Shown in pieces: positions 39,951 to 49,355 of a stretch of DNA of 64,000 bases. A program made the position numbers and the translations under genes. Source of the DNA: Candidatus Woesebacteria bacterium (GTDB lineage Bacteria; Patescibacteriota; Microgenomatia; UBA1400; UBA12108). Position 1 is the first letter of the stretch. Every line of letters begins with the position of its first letter. The stretch covers positions 3,502-67,501 of the forward strand of contig JAGOVG010000006.1 of NCBI GenBank assembly GCA_018060845.1. Direction: 5' to 3'. The notes beneath the pieces were generated by a model. That model had not been told where the DNA came from. It searched no databases and worked only from the letters and a program-made list of their open reading frames with translations.

Positions 39951-41231
39951 ATGCGCAAAAGCATTAGTGAAGTTACTAAATTAGTAGGGGAGACTGTCAC
40001 GATCGCAGGGTTTGTCCACTCGATCCGCAACCAAGGCAAGATTGCATTCTTGCGCGTGCGAGATATTAGTGGCAGTATCCAGGTAGTAACAGGTGCCTGG
40101 AACAAAGAAGTCTTCGATTCAATCAAAGACCTCTCGGTAGAGTCTGTTGTTCAAATCGAAGGTTTACTCAAAGAGAGTAAACAGGTCCCCGAAGGTGTCG
40201 AGATCGACGCGAGTTCCATCATCATCCAATCACTCGCCCTGCCTCTCCCTATCCCCGTAGTTGCCGAAAAAGGTGCCGAAGAGGTAGATGTAACCAAGCG
40301 CTTTGACTATCGCTGGCTAGATTTGCGTAAGCCAGATTCTCAAAAAATCTTTCAGGTATGGACAGTTCTCGAGCAGGGGATTAGAGAGTACTTTAGTCAA
40401 AATGGCTTTACTCAGCTCTACTCACCAGCGCTCATGAGTGCGCCTAGCGAAAGTGGTGCCGAGGTCTTTGAGGTCAAATATTTTGAAGGAAAAGCTTATC
40501 TCGCCCAGTCGCCACAGTTCTACAAACAAATGGCGATAGCCAGTGGCTTTGAAAAAGTCTTTATGGTCGGTCCAGTCTTTCGTGCTGAGCTAAGCTTTAC
40601 GACCCGCCACATGACTGAGTTTACTGGCTGGGACTTTGAGATTGCACATATTACTAGCCACCATGACGTCATGGATACCGAAGAGGCTATGCTCAAATCT
40701 GGCTTTGCCAAACTAAAGTCAGCTGGTTTAATAGACGAAGAGATTAAGGTTCCTTTTGCTCGTCTCACACTAGAAGAGACAAAAGCAAAATTAAAAGCTG
40801 CAGGTATTACTAGTGACAAAGAAGGCGATCTCTCTCCTGACGAAGAGCGCGGGATCTGCAAAATCGTCAAAGAAGAGTCAGGCAGCGAGTTTGTCTTTAT
40901 CACCGACTACCCCAAAGCCCACCGTGCGTTCTATCACATGCGCGATGAAGAGACTGGCTTAACCAAAGGGTTTGACCTGCTCTACAAAGGAGTTGAGATT
41001 ACAACTGGCGCTCAGCGTGAGCACAGGATCGACAAGTTGGTGGCCCAAGCTGCCGAGAAAGGTCTGACCGAAGAGGGTCTCTCCGATTATCTTAGCTTCT
41101 TCCGCTATGGTGTCCCACCTCACGGCGGAGTTGGTATTGGCCCAGGACGCATTATCGCCCAGATTCTAGGTTTGCCGAGCGTCAAAGAGGCAACGTTCCT
41201 CCCACGCGACGTGAAGCGTCTCAGGCCTTGA
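39951..41231 (+). CDS. aspS: Aspartyl-tRNA synthetase, short archaeal/eukaryal-type (likely non-discriminating)
   Basis: 426 aa: N-terminal OB anticodon domain plus class II core (motif 2 FRAE, motif 3 GxGxGxxR); lacks the bacterial insertion domain. Confidence 0.85.
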   Translation: MRKSISEVTKLVGETVTIAGFVHSIRNQGKIAFLRVRDISGSIQVVTGAWNKEVFDSIKDLSVESVVQIEGLLKESKQVPEGVEIDASSIIIQSLALPLPIPVVAEKGAEEVDVTKRFDYRWLDLRKPDSQKIFQVWTVLEQGIREYFSQNGFTQLYSPALMSAPSESGAEVFEVKYFEGKAYLAQSPQFYKQMAIASGFEKVFMVGPVFRAELSFTTRHMTEFTGWDFEIAHITSHHDVMDTEEAMLKSGFAKLKSAGLIDEEIKVPFARLTLEETKAKLKAAGITSDKEGDLSPDEERGICKIVKEESGSEFVFITDYPKAHRAFYHMRDEETGLTKGFDLLYKGVEITTGAQREHRIDKLVAQAAEKGLTEEGLSDYLSFFRYGVPPHGGVGIGPGRIIAQILGLPSVKEATFLPRDVKRLRP

Positions 41232-41731
41232 TTATGTCAGACAAAACATATCATCCGACAACCCAGGCTATCCGCGAACTGTTAAGTGAACATGATTGTT
41301 GGTTCGAGGCATTTGAACACGAGCCAGTCAAAACTAGTGAAGAGGCTGCAAAAGTACGAACTGGATATACTCTGCATCAAGGAGCAAAAGCTATCATAGC
41401 TCGTGTCAAAATTAGTAGTCAGAACAAAAAGTTTGTTATGATTGTGATCCCGGGTGATCGTCGCTTTGATACAGCTAAGATCAAGAATATTTATAGTGCC
41501 AAAGATATTCGCTTTGCTACAGTCGAAGAAGTGTCAGAAATTACTGGCGGGATCTTGCCCGGTGGAGTACCACCATTTGGCAATCTCTTTAACCTAGAAG
41601 TGATCGCTGATTCTGAGCTGATAGCTAACGAAAAAATTATATTCAACGCAGGCGATAGATCTTACTCTATAGGGATGTATTCGCGAGATTATATTAAGGT
41701 TGTAAGTCCAGTAGTCACTAGCATCACTTAG
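41228..41731 (+). CDS. ybaK: YbaK/ProX-family aminoacyl-tRNA deacylase
   Basis: 167 aa; GGxxPFG-type motif (GGVPPFG) and overall YbaK/EbsC pattern. Confidence 0.7.
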   Translation: MIMSDKTYHPTTQAIRELLSEHDCWFEAFEHEPVKTSEEAAKVRTGYTLHQGAKAIIARVKISSQNKKFVMIVIPGDRRFDTAKIKNIYSAKDIRFATVEEVSEITGGILPGGVPPFGNLFNLEVIADSELIANEKIIFNAGDRSYSIGMYSRDYIKVVSPVVTSIT

Positions 41732-41736
41732 TGGTC

Positions 41737-42786
41737 TTATTCAACCCACGCGTCAGATAGTGCCGGGACATAAGCCACAAAGTCATTATCGCCCCGGAAA
41801 ACGTAGACTGGTTGTAGGTATTGTTGTGGCTCTTCGGCGTCATAGTATTCGATACTGATTTCTCGCACGACCGTGGTTGCCACATTCTGCTTAACGTTTA
41901 CTACGTACCCATTGCCTGCTTGTAGTCGCTTCCACGCTTCAGCTGCCGAGATGATCGGGTAGACTGCACTAGTCTCTCGCTCGACCGGGTAGTAGTTGTA
42001 ATCAATATTTACAAACTGCTTATCCTCGTCTCTCTGTAATGCTAGGATCACCGAGATGGGTCCTCTGTCGCTCCTTGGGTAGACCACCGGTATCTCCTCA
42101 ACTGGTTTGCGATATAGGTTAACTCTGACAAAGTTAGCTTGCGATCTCGATACTGCAGTGACTATTTGATCTTTGTCAGCTTTTAGCTCGTTCATGGTTA
42201 CTTCACCCTCTTTAATGTCATCGGGGAGTAGTTCTAATCTAGATAAGATATTTAATACTCGATCTTCGGCCTGCTCATCATTAAAGATTAGGTTGGGGGT
42301 AGTATACGAGGGCTCGACCTGCCAGCGTCTGTCGAGCACAAATGCACCCGTTATGACATTGATAGTAAAAGTAGATGGGATAGGATCAGTTGCATCCCAG
42401 CGATAAGTATCCTCAGACAGTTTGAGTGGTTCAGCAATAAAGTCGAGTCTTGTCGCCACGTTCTTGGCTGCATCATAAGCGAGAAGGCTCGGTTTTTTGA
42501 TCGGCATAAAGTAGACCGTAAACTGGGTAGGTAGATTTGTTGGCAGTGCCCCGGTCCGAGTCTCCAGGCTGTACTGGATAGGGACTGGCTCCTTTTGGGG
42601 GAATATTAGCTTAGGCAATCTACCAAACTTTACGTCAGGTGGTGGTGGTGGGTCTGGGTGTAGCGCTTTCCAGTAGGTATATGCAGAGGTGACAACTACT
42701 CGTCCTATCATTAGGACTACGAGCCCAATAGCCCCAAATTTGATCGCTTTTCGCGCGACGATTGCAGTCTCTCCGAGTGTTGCCAT
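41737..42786 (-). CDS. Hypothetical membrane-anchored protein with proline-rich linker
   Basis: N-terminal TM helix, PDPPPPPD linker, about 300 aa extracytoplasmic domain with no recognisable motif. Confidence 0.5.
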   Translation of the reverse strand: MATLGETAIVARKAIKFGAIGLVVLMIGRVVVTSAYTYWKALHPDPPPPPDVKFGRLPKLIFPQKEPVPIQYSLETRTGALPTNLPTQFTVYFMPIKKPSLLAYDAAKNVATRLDFIAEPLKLSEDTYRWDATDPIPSTFTINVITGAFVLDRRWQVEPSYTTPNLIFNDEQAEDRVLNILSRLELLPDDIKEGEVTMNELKADKDQIVTAVSRSQANFVRVNLYRKPVEEIPVVYPRSDRGPISVILALQRDEDKQFVNIDYNYYPVERETSAVYPIISAAEAWKRLQAGNGYVVNVKQNVATTVVREISIEYYDAEEPQQYLQPVYVFRGDNDFVAYVPALSDAWVE

Positions 42787-42809
42787 GACTCTAGTATATA
42801 ATACTTCTT

Positions 42810-44132
42810 ATGACTATTCGCACTCGCTTTGCACCCTCACCGACCGGCTTTTTACACATTGGTAGTTTGCGCACCGCACTCTATGCCTATGCCATGGCGC
42901 GGCACGAGGGAGGGGACTTTATCCTCCGGATCGAAGATACCGATCAAAAACGCGAAGTTGCGGGCGCGCTCGAGTCGCTGCAGACTGTGCTCAAAAAGTT
43001 TGGTATCACCTGGGACGAATTTTATATTCAGTCAGAGAGGCAGAAGACTGGCATCTATCAGGCTGCCGCGCAAAAACTGCTAACAGATGGCCATGCCTTT
43101 TACTGTCAATGCCCACCAAAAAATGCTCATACCGATGGCTACTCAACCGTGATGCGTGACCCCTGTCGGGATCTGGGCTTTACTAGTGGTGCGATTAAGC
43201 TGCGGGTGCCTGACAACCAAAAGATTACCTACCACGACTTTGCCCACAAAAAAGATATTACTTGGGATAGTAATACTGTATACGACGCAACACTACTTAA
43301 GACTGATACCTTCCCCACCTACGCGCTAGCCGCGATGGTCGATGACCTCGATATGAACATCACCCATATTCTTCGTGGTCATGATTGGCTACCCTCTACT
43401 CCGATCCACGTCTTGGTGCTCAACTATCTAAGGGGTGACAAACCCATGCCAGCCATCGGTCACTTGACCGATATCATGTCCCCAACTACGGGCAAAAAAT
43501 TAAGCAAAAGAAGAGACAGTGTCTTTTGTGAAGATTATCTTAAGGCAGGCTACCTCCCGGAGGCTCTACTCAACTTTGTCGCTCTCCTCGGCTGGGCTCC
43601 CAAAGATAATCGCGAGCTCTATACACTACCTGAGTTTGTCGAGCACTTTGACGTCAAAGGTTTTCAGGATGCAAACCCCAGATTTTTTATCGACAAGCTA
43701 AATTACTTTAATGGTCAGTATATCCGCCAGATCCCAGATGCTGAGTTGCTCCCACTCATTCGCCCATACGCACCGACTGACGCCAGTGATGAGCTACTGC
43801 TCTCGATCATCCCACTAATTAAGACTAGGATTAGTTTGCTCTCCGAATTTACCACCCTCACTGAATTTTTCTTTAGCAAACCAGCTAAACCAGAGCTAAC
43901 CTCAGATGAGGTGTCATATATCGAGCTAGCCAAAGAGATCCTAACTGTTTGCGAATGGACCAAAGAGGGGATCGAATCCGCGCTCGTTCAGGCAGTCAAA
44001 GAAAAAGGATGGAAGAATGGACCATTCTTCGCTGCCATGCGCCTCGCAGTGACTGGCAAAAAAGTAAGCCCTCCGCTCACCGAGTCCATGCTCATCTTAG
44101 GTCGCGACGCTGTCTTAGAGCGACTTAACTAG
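42810..44132 (+). CDS. gltX: Glutamyl-tRNA synthetase
   Basis: HIGS (HIGH) and KLSKR (KMSKS) motifs. Confidence 0.9.
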   Translation: MTIRTRFAPSPTGFLHIGSLRTALYAYAMARHEGGDFILRIEDTDQKREVAGALESLQTVLKKFGITWDEFYIQSERQKTGIYQAAAQKLLTDGHAFYCQCPPKNAHTDGYSTVMRDPCRDLGFTSGAIKLRVPDNQKITYHDFAHKKDITWDSNTVYDATLLKTDTFPTYALAAMVDDLDMNITHILRGHDWLPSTPIHVLVLNYLRGDKPMPAIGHLTDIMSPTTGKKLSKRRDSVFCEDYLKAGYLPEALLNFVALLGWAPKDNRELYTLPEFVEHFDVKGFQDANPRFFIDKLNYFNGQYIRQIPDAELLPLIRPYAPTDASDELLLSIIPLIKTRISLLSEFTTLTEFFFSKPAKPELTSDEVSYIELAKEILTVCEWTKEGIESALVQAVKEKGWKNGPFFAAMRLAVTGKKVSPPLTESMLILGRDAVLERLN

Positions 44133-45356
44133 TTCGGCCAGACTGATCAGTTTTGCTTCTTTTTCGTTTCGCTTTTTCATCTCCACTAGCTCAGCAGTTT
44201 TCTCGGATACCACTACACGGTAAGGGATACCTAATAGGTCCGCATCAGCGAGTTTGGCTCCAGCACCCACATTGTCTCGCTCGTCATATAGCACTTCAAC
44301 ACCTGCTTTAGTGAGCTCAGCATATACTTCGTCTGCTCGCTTTGCCACTTCCTCATTTTTTCCAGCTAGCGATATGAGGTGAACTTTAAAAGGAGCAACA
44401 GCTTCTGGCCAGATAATGCCACACTCATCGTTAAAGGTCTCGACTATTACTCCCATAGTGCGCGAGATCCCGATCCCGTAGCATCCCATGATTGGATAGA
44501 TCTTTTCTCCCTCACTATTAACTACACTGATATCAAATGCTTTGGTGTATTTGGTACCAAGATCAAATACGTTACCTAGCTCGGCAGCCTTTGATGATTG
44601 TAGTTTCGCATGTCCGCACTTAGGGCAGTCCTCACCCACTTTATAGTTAGTGATATCATCTGAGTTTACGCACCAATTGCAGCTCTCGCAGTGGAGGATA
44701 TGAGCTTCGCCTGCATCAGATAGTACTTCAAACTCGTAGCTAACTTTTTCGGTAAATGCTCCACCCGAAGCTTCTGTTGCTTTTGCCGATAACCCTATTC
44801 GCTCAAAGATTTTAAAGTATGCCTCTTTTACTATTTGGTAAAAGCGGTCAAAGTCGGATTGAGTACTGTGCCAGCTATACATATCTTTCATCAAGAACTC
44901 GCGTCCTCTTAATATTCCAGACTTGCTACGTAGCTCATCACGAAACTTGGAGTTGATATGGTAGACCGCTAGTGGCAGATCGCGCTCACTATGGATCCAC
45001 TCTTTGACTAGTGGAGTAACTGTCTCTTCGTTACTTTGGGCTAGCGCATAGTCTTTTCCTGTACGACTCTTTACCTTAAATAGCACATCAATCTTGTCCC
45101 AGCCACCTGTTTGTTTCCAGATCGAGCTAGGGTGGAGTAGGGGCATGAGTACTTCTTGGCCACCAATCTCATTCATCTCTTCCCTGATAATGTTGCTTAT
45201 TTTATTAAGCACTCGTAGCCCGAGGGGAGTATAGGTATAAACGCCAGCCATCACTTGCCGCACATATCCTGCCTGCACGAGTAGTTTGTGATTAACCGTA
45301 TCGGCATTAGCCGGTGCCGACTTAAGTGTTTTGCTAAATAATTTTGAATACTTCAT
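44115..45356 (-). CDS. proS: Prolyl-tRNA synthetase lacking the INS editing domain
   Basis: 413 aa; N-terminus aligns with bacterial ProRS, class II core and C-terminal anticodon-binding domain; too short to contain INS. Confidence 0.85.
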   Translation of the reverse strand: MKYSKLFSKTLKSAPANADTVNHKLLVQAGYVRQVMAGVYTYTPLGLRVLNKISNIIREEMNEIGGQEVLMPLLHPSSIWKQTGGWDKIDVLFKVKSRTGKDYALAQSNEETVTPLVKEWIHSERDLPLAVYHINSKFRDELRSKSGILRGREFLMKDMYSWHSTQSDFDRFYQIVKEAYFKIFERIGLSAKATEASGGAFTEKVSYEFEVLSDAGEAHILHCESCNWCVNSDDITNYKVGEDCPKCGHAKLQSSKAAELGNVFDLGTKYTKAFDISVVNSEGEKIYPIMGCYGIGISRTMGVIVETFNDECGIIWPEAVAPFKVHLISLAGKNEEVAKRADEVYAELTKAGVEVLYDERDNVGAGAKLADADLLGIPYRVVVSEKTAELVEMKKRNEKEAKLISLAELVKSL

Positions 45357-45372
45357 ATATATCTCCTAATTT

Positions 45373-45708
45373 TTAAAATAGCTTTCCGCCCACTACCGCC
45401 AGATCCTTATCAGGGACCATTAATATGCATTCATGATCCGCATCCGGGACACCGAGCGTTAGTACCTCGGATTGAAATGGTCCGATTTGGCGTGGGGGAA
45501 AGTTAACTACTCCCATCACCAGCTTGCCCACTAGTTCGTCTTTGCTGTAGTGTTTGACTATCTGCACACTCGATACTTTTTTGCCAATTTCTGGGCCAAA
45601 ATCGATCTGGATTTTATATGCAGGCTTACGAGCTTCGGGGAAGTCAGCTACCGCCAAGATCTTCCCGACTCTGATGTCGAGTTTGATAAAGTCATCGTAG
45701 GTAGCCAT
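45373..45708 (-). CDS. tRNA-binding domain protein (CsaA/EMAP-like)
   Basis: LDIRVGKI...PEARKPAYKIQIDFG OB-fold tRNA-binding signature; start at ATG preceded by AGGAGG. Confidence 0.75.
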   Translation of the reverse strand: MATYDDFIKLDIRVGKILAVADFPEARKPAYKIQIDFGPEIGKKVSSVQIVKHYSKDELVGKLVMGVVNFPPRQIGPFQSEVLTLGVPDADHECILMVPDKDLAVVGGKLF

Positions 45709-45743
45709 ATAGCTTCCTCCTAATAATTTAATAATTTTTGTAA

Positions 45744-45905
45744 CAAAAAACCTCGCCACTATTCCTAACACCTCTTTGGTGTCGGGAACAAGGGCGAGGT
45801 TACTCGCGGTACCACCTTGCTTACCACTTAATTGCTGTTTCTCGTACAGTTACGGGATACTCATCGTATCCAGCTCCAGGGTGGGGACCCCTTCATCGCT
45901 TTTTC
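45744..45905 (-). promoter_or_regulatory. T-box riboswitch leader upstream of the csaA-like/proS genes
   Basis: Minus-strand RNA contains AAGGUGGUACCGCGAG, an exact GGUGGUACCGCG T-box core. Directly followed by terminator cctcgcc...ggcgagg + UUUUUUG; Pro codons (CCC/CCA/CCU) lie in the upstream stem region. Confidence 0.65.
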
Positions 45906-45916
45906 AATTAAATACA

Positions 45917-46516
45917 TTATACGGTCATTGTCAACAACTCGTCAAAAAGTGGCTCCACCATCACCTCAGTAATGGATCTCACGTCTATACTCGCAATTGA
46001 TTGCATATAGTCTTCGAGCTTTTTCGCCCATTTAGATTCTGTTCTGGGAGCACTATATCTTCTTTCCAGGTCTTCTATTCTCTCCTGCATAGTAACTACA
46101 CCCTCAATGCTTACTCGCATGTCGCCATATAGAGTAAATAGTGCTGGTTTAGACATACTCTCAAAAAAATCTACATCTAGAGATTCATTATCATATGCTC
46201 TACCTTCATCTCTTAGGTGAATGTTGTATTTATTAAGCCCTGCATCTTTAAGAATTGCAAAAGTAGCTTCATGAGCATCACTGCCATATGTAGTTCTCAC
46301 ATGTTCCTGCTCGATTTTCCACTTTTCTAAATCTTCAACTTGCGTGAGAGGGTGGTCAAGATCAAACTTCACAATATTCCCCATGTCGTGGACCAAGGCG
46401 GTAATGATACTGTCATGATCATCGGTAATCAGTCTCACGATCCCACCAACCCTTAGCTGGTGCTCGCGTAGCTGTGGCATTAAGTAGTACTTATCGTAAA
46501 GATCTCGTATCTGCAT
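45917..46516 (-). CDS. HD-domain phosphohydrolase
   Basis: H...HD...D motif (ALVHDMGN). Confidence 0.6.
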   Translation of the reverse strand: MQIRDLYDKYYLMPQLREHQLRVGGIVRLITDDHDSIITALVHDMGNIVKFDLDHPLTQVEDLEKWKIEQEHVRTTYGSDAHEATFAILKDAGLNKYNIHLRDEGRAYDNESLDVDFFESMSKPALFTLYGDMRVSIEGVVTMQERIEDLERRYSAPRTESKWAKKLEDYMQSIASIDVRSITEVMVEPLFDELLTMTV

Positions 46517-46543
46517 AACTAGCTGTATGGTAGCATAGGTAAT

Positions 46544-47305
46544 ATGGAAACATTACTCATTACTACCTCGCTCGCTAGCTTAGCTTTATTTATCGCTACC
46601 TTTATCGTTGCAACTGCAGTCAAAAACAACGGGATCGTCGATATCATCTGGGGACTAGGATTTGTTCTGATAGCAGGGATTGTCTATCTGAGTGCCCCCT
46701 CATTATCTACAGCTACGGTTATGATCCTGACAACTGCCTGGGGTGTGCGACTAGCCACTCACATTGGTATGCGCAATCTAGGTCAAAAAGAAGACTTCCG
46801 CTACGCTCAGTGGCGAAAAGACTGGGGTAAATGGTGGCTCATCCGTTCATTTTTGCAGGTGTACCTACTCCAGTGGGTATTTATGCAGCTCGTCTCTGTC
46901 CCGATTATTCTCTCGTCAGCTGGTGGGGTCGTATCGCAAGCGTGGCTACTCGCAGGTATCGCTATTTGGCTAGTGGGCTTTTACTTTGAGGCAATCGGTG
47001 ATTATCAGTTAACGGTATTTAAGAGCAAAAAAACTAGCAAGGGTAAGCTTATGACCACAGGTCTCTGGCGCTACACCCGCCATCCCAACTATTTTGGCGA
47101 AGCTGCATTGTGGTGGGGGATAGCGCTCGTTGCCTACGTCGCATCCGGCAACCCACTCGCATTCCTCGGTCCCATTACCATCGACTTCCTCCTCCTCAAA
47201 GTTTCGGGTATCCCGATGCTCGAAGCCAAGTACAAAGGCAGGAAAGACTGGGCTGCTTACGCCCGCCGCACCTCAGCGTTCTTCCCACTCCCACCCAAGA
47301 AATAA
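46544..47305 (+). CDS. DUF1295 / steroid-5-alpha-reductase-like membrane protein
   Basis: RYTRHPNYFGE motif, polytopic. Confidence 0.7.
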   Translation: METLLITTSLASLALFIATFIVATAVKNNGIVDIIWGLGFVLIAGIVYLSAPSLSTATVMILTTAWGVRLATHIGMRNLGQKEDFRYAQWRKDWGKWWLIRSFLQVYLLQWVFMQLVSVPIILSSAGGVVSQAWLLAGIAIWLVGFYFEAIGDYQLTVFKSKKTSKGKLMTTGLWRYTRHPNYFGEAALWWGIALVAYVASGNPLAFLGPITIDFLLLKVSGIPMLEAKYKGRKDWAAYARRTSAFFPLPPKK

Positions 47306-48118
47306 TTGTTTGACAAGTTTCACAGTAGTGTCATAATTGAGATTATGGGTAAGGTTCGGGTTAACGTAACACAATTGCCTGCTAGCGATCCAAGGTATCA
47401 AAAATGGAGACAGAGTTTGAAAGGGCGAGTTGCCTGGGCAAAAGACAAGACTAAAGCAAATGACATAAGGATTAAAAGACGCAGTGTCCTAATGAAGAAA
47501 AGAGGAATAGATAACTTTTCTGGTTGGCGTGAAGAACAAATTAGAGCCGGTAAAATAAAGTCTATCTATTCAAGACTTGTACATTCAGCAGAACTCGCGT
47601 ATTTACATGGGTTTATATTGGGAGACGGCCACATAGAGGAGCACCCTAGGACTGAAAAACTCGTAATCACACTGAACACCAAATATCCAGTATTAGTCAA
47701 AAATGTTGAGAGAGCAATGTTCACAGTCTTTGGCAAAAAGCCTAAAGTAGCTCTGGATCATAGGAGTGAATGTTATAGAGTTTATATCTACGAAAAGTAT
47801 CTAAGTAGTAGACTACATATCAAGACAGGGAACAAAGGGCAACTGATACACAAAGTTCCGAGCTGGATCACGAGGTCTAAGAAATATACTAGATCTTTTG
47901 CAAAAGGGCTTTTTGAAGCAGAGGGCTCAATCTCTGTTCATCTGCCTACCTATACATACAACATGTCATTCGCAAACAAGAATAGAAGCTTGCTAGATAT
48001 AGTTGAAAATATACTTCTATCACTCGGTTTGCATCCAGAAAGGCGGGAGGTAGTAGTTCGACTCAGAAGAAAGAATGAGGTAGAATACTTCCGAAAGTTA
48101 ATAAATTTCCGAGAATAA
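47306..48118 (+). CDS. LAGLIDADG-family homing endonuclease (free-standing)
   Basis: Two LAGLIDADG-like motifs: YLHGFILGDGHI and FAKGLFEAEGSIS about 100 aa apart. Start uncertain (TTG at 47306 or ATG at 47345); ends 2 nt before the tRNA gene. Confidence 0.6.
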   Translation: MFDKFHSSVIIEIMGKVRVNVTQLPASDPRYQKWRQSLKGRVAWAKDKTKANDIRIKRRSVLMKKRGIDNFSGWREEQIRAGKIKSIYSRLVHSAELAYLHGFILGDGHIEEHPRTEKLVITLNTKYPVLVKNVERAMFTVFGKKPKVALDHRSECYRVYIYEKYLSSRLHIKTGNKGQLIHKVPSWITRSKKYTRSFAKGLFEAEGSISVHLPTYTYNMSFANKNRSLLDIVENILLSLGLHPERREVVVRLRRKNEVEYFRKLINFRE

Positions 48119-48120
48119 TC

Positions 48121-48191
48121 TGCGGGATCTGCTAATGGTAGGCAGACGGACTCTGAATCCGTTAATCTTGGTTCGAATCCAAGTCCCGCAA
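48121..48191 (+). tRNA. tRNA-Gln (anticodon CUG)
   Basis: 7-bp acceptor stem (tgcggga/tcccgca), D arm (tgct...ggca), anticodon stem acgga/tccgt with loop CUCUGAA (CUG), T arm cttgg-TTCGAAT-ccaag; CCA not encoded. Confidence 0.85.
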
Positions 48192-48197
48192 CAAATT

Positions 48198-48836
48198 ATG
48201 AAAAAACCTATTGGGCCTAGTTTCGAAAAAGAGTTTAAAACACCATGTTTATATCTTGATGATCTACAGGAAATAGAGAACATTTTTTTAATCGAACTGA
48301 AAGCAAAATATTACGACATACGAACGGATAATTACAAATATAATAGCTTTAAAGAAATCTCGACCGATTATAAGGGGAGCATATCCGAACTTAGAATTGG
48401 TTCTTTTACTCCAGATATACGTATCTCGCTAACACAATCTAGTGCAGGCATTACTTGCAATGACCATGAATTGGAATCAATTGGAGCTGCTGGAAAAATA
48501 TATGAAATAATTAGAAGAAGAGAGAGAAGAGTGTATTGGTTTTGGTTTGAACGATTATATTACTTACTTCTTGCTTCACCACTATTACCATATGTGAATA
48601 TATTCCTCTATAAATGGCTTGCGTACGCAATCATCCTTCTAATTGGAATCATAGCAATATCTTTATTTATGAGACTTACGAATATGTACAAAGCTTCAAA
48701 AATTGTGCTTTTATACACTAGAGATAAGGAGAATTTCTTTTCACGAAACAAAGATCAAATCATGCTGGTTATATTAGGAACCATATTCGGCGTTCTAGGA
48801 ACAATTGTAACCACCACTGTAGGCCTGAAAAAATGA
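48198..48836 (+). CDS. Hypothetical membrane protein (AT-rich islet downstream of tRNA-Gln)
   Basis: ATG 7 nt after the tRNA; soluble N-terminal half, 3 C-terminal TM helices; the upstream part of ORF 48135.. overlaps the tRNA and is discarded. Confidence 0.5.
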   Translation: MKKPIGPSFEKEFKTPCLYLDDLQEIENIFLIELKAKYYDIRTDNYKYNSFKEISTDYKGSISELRIGSFTPDIRISLTQSSAGITCNDHELESIGAAGKIYEIIRRRERRVYWFWFERLYYLLLASPLLPYVNIFLYKWLAYAIILLIGIIAISLFMRLTNMYKASKIVLLYTRDKENFFSRNKDQIMLVILGTIFGVLGTIVTTTVGLKK

Positions 48837-48907
48837 AGTTACTATCAATAATAATTGGTAGATTATTTGTAAGATAGGTCCAACATTGTCTAGGAAGTGC
48901 AACATAA

Positions 48908-49273
48908 CTAAGAAGGTGGGTACATTAGATCTCGAATCTCAAGGTATTTATCTAATTCAATCTCAGTAAAAAGCATATCGATTGTTAGTGATGTGCTTAT
49001 AATACCCAACGTCGCTTCTAGTATTTTCAACGCCTCTAGGTCACGTTGGGGGTTAACATAGCATTCAGGATTATATTTGCAGCGGTTACATAAATCACCA
49101 TAATCAGTAGCAATGGTTAATGTAGTGGTTTTTGGTAAATTCTTGATAAACTCAAATGTAGCTTTCACAGCTTGCGTATGCTCATCGCTATAACCGCTAA
49201 TACCAAACTTGCCTAAATGTCTGTTAAGAATGATATTTAGAACTTGGTGTCCACGCATTTTTATCTCAAGCAT
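48908..49273 (-). CDS. Hypothetical protein (121 aa)
   Basis: ORF in AT-rich islet; Cys triad CNRCKYNPEC; no recognisable family. Confidence 0.4.
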   Translation of the reverse strand: MLEIKMRGHQVLNIILNRHLGKFGISGYSDEHTQAVKATFEFIKNLPKTTTLTIATDYGDLCNRCKYNPECYVNPQRDLEALKILEATLGIISTSLTIDMLFTEIELDKYLEIRDLMYPPS

Positions 49274-49355
49274 GACTTAGAATGATATCATATTGAGACT
49301 GTATAAATGTTCCAACTTCGTCCAGGAGACGCAACAGTATTCGAAGTTAGAATAG

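Noticed and set aside
40520-40903. 127-aa minus-strand ORF inside aspS
   Set aside because: Antisense artefact within a class II synthetase core.
47110-47336. Pro/Ser-rich ORFs (47110..47313, 47130..47336) inside the DUF1295 gene
   Set aside because: Alternative-frame ORFs inside a conserved membrane protein gene.
48135-48197. N-terminal extension of ORF 48135..48836 across the tRNA-Gln gene
   Set aside because: It overlaps a well-formed tRNA; the real start is more likely ATG 48198.
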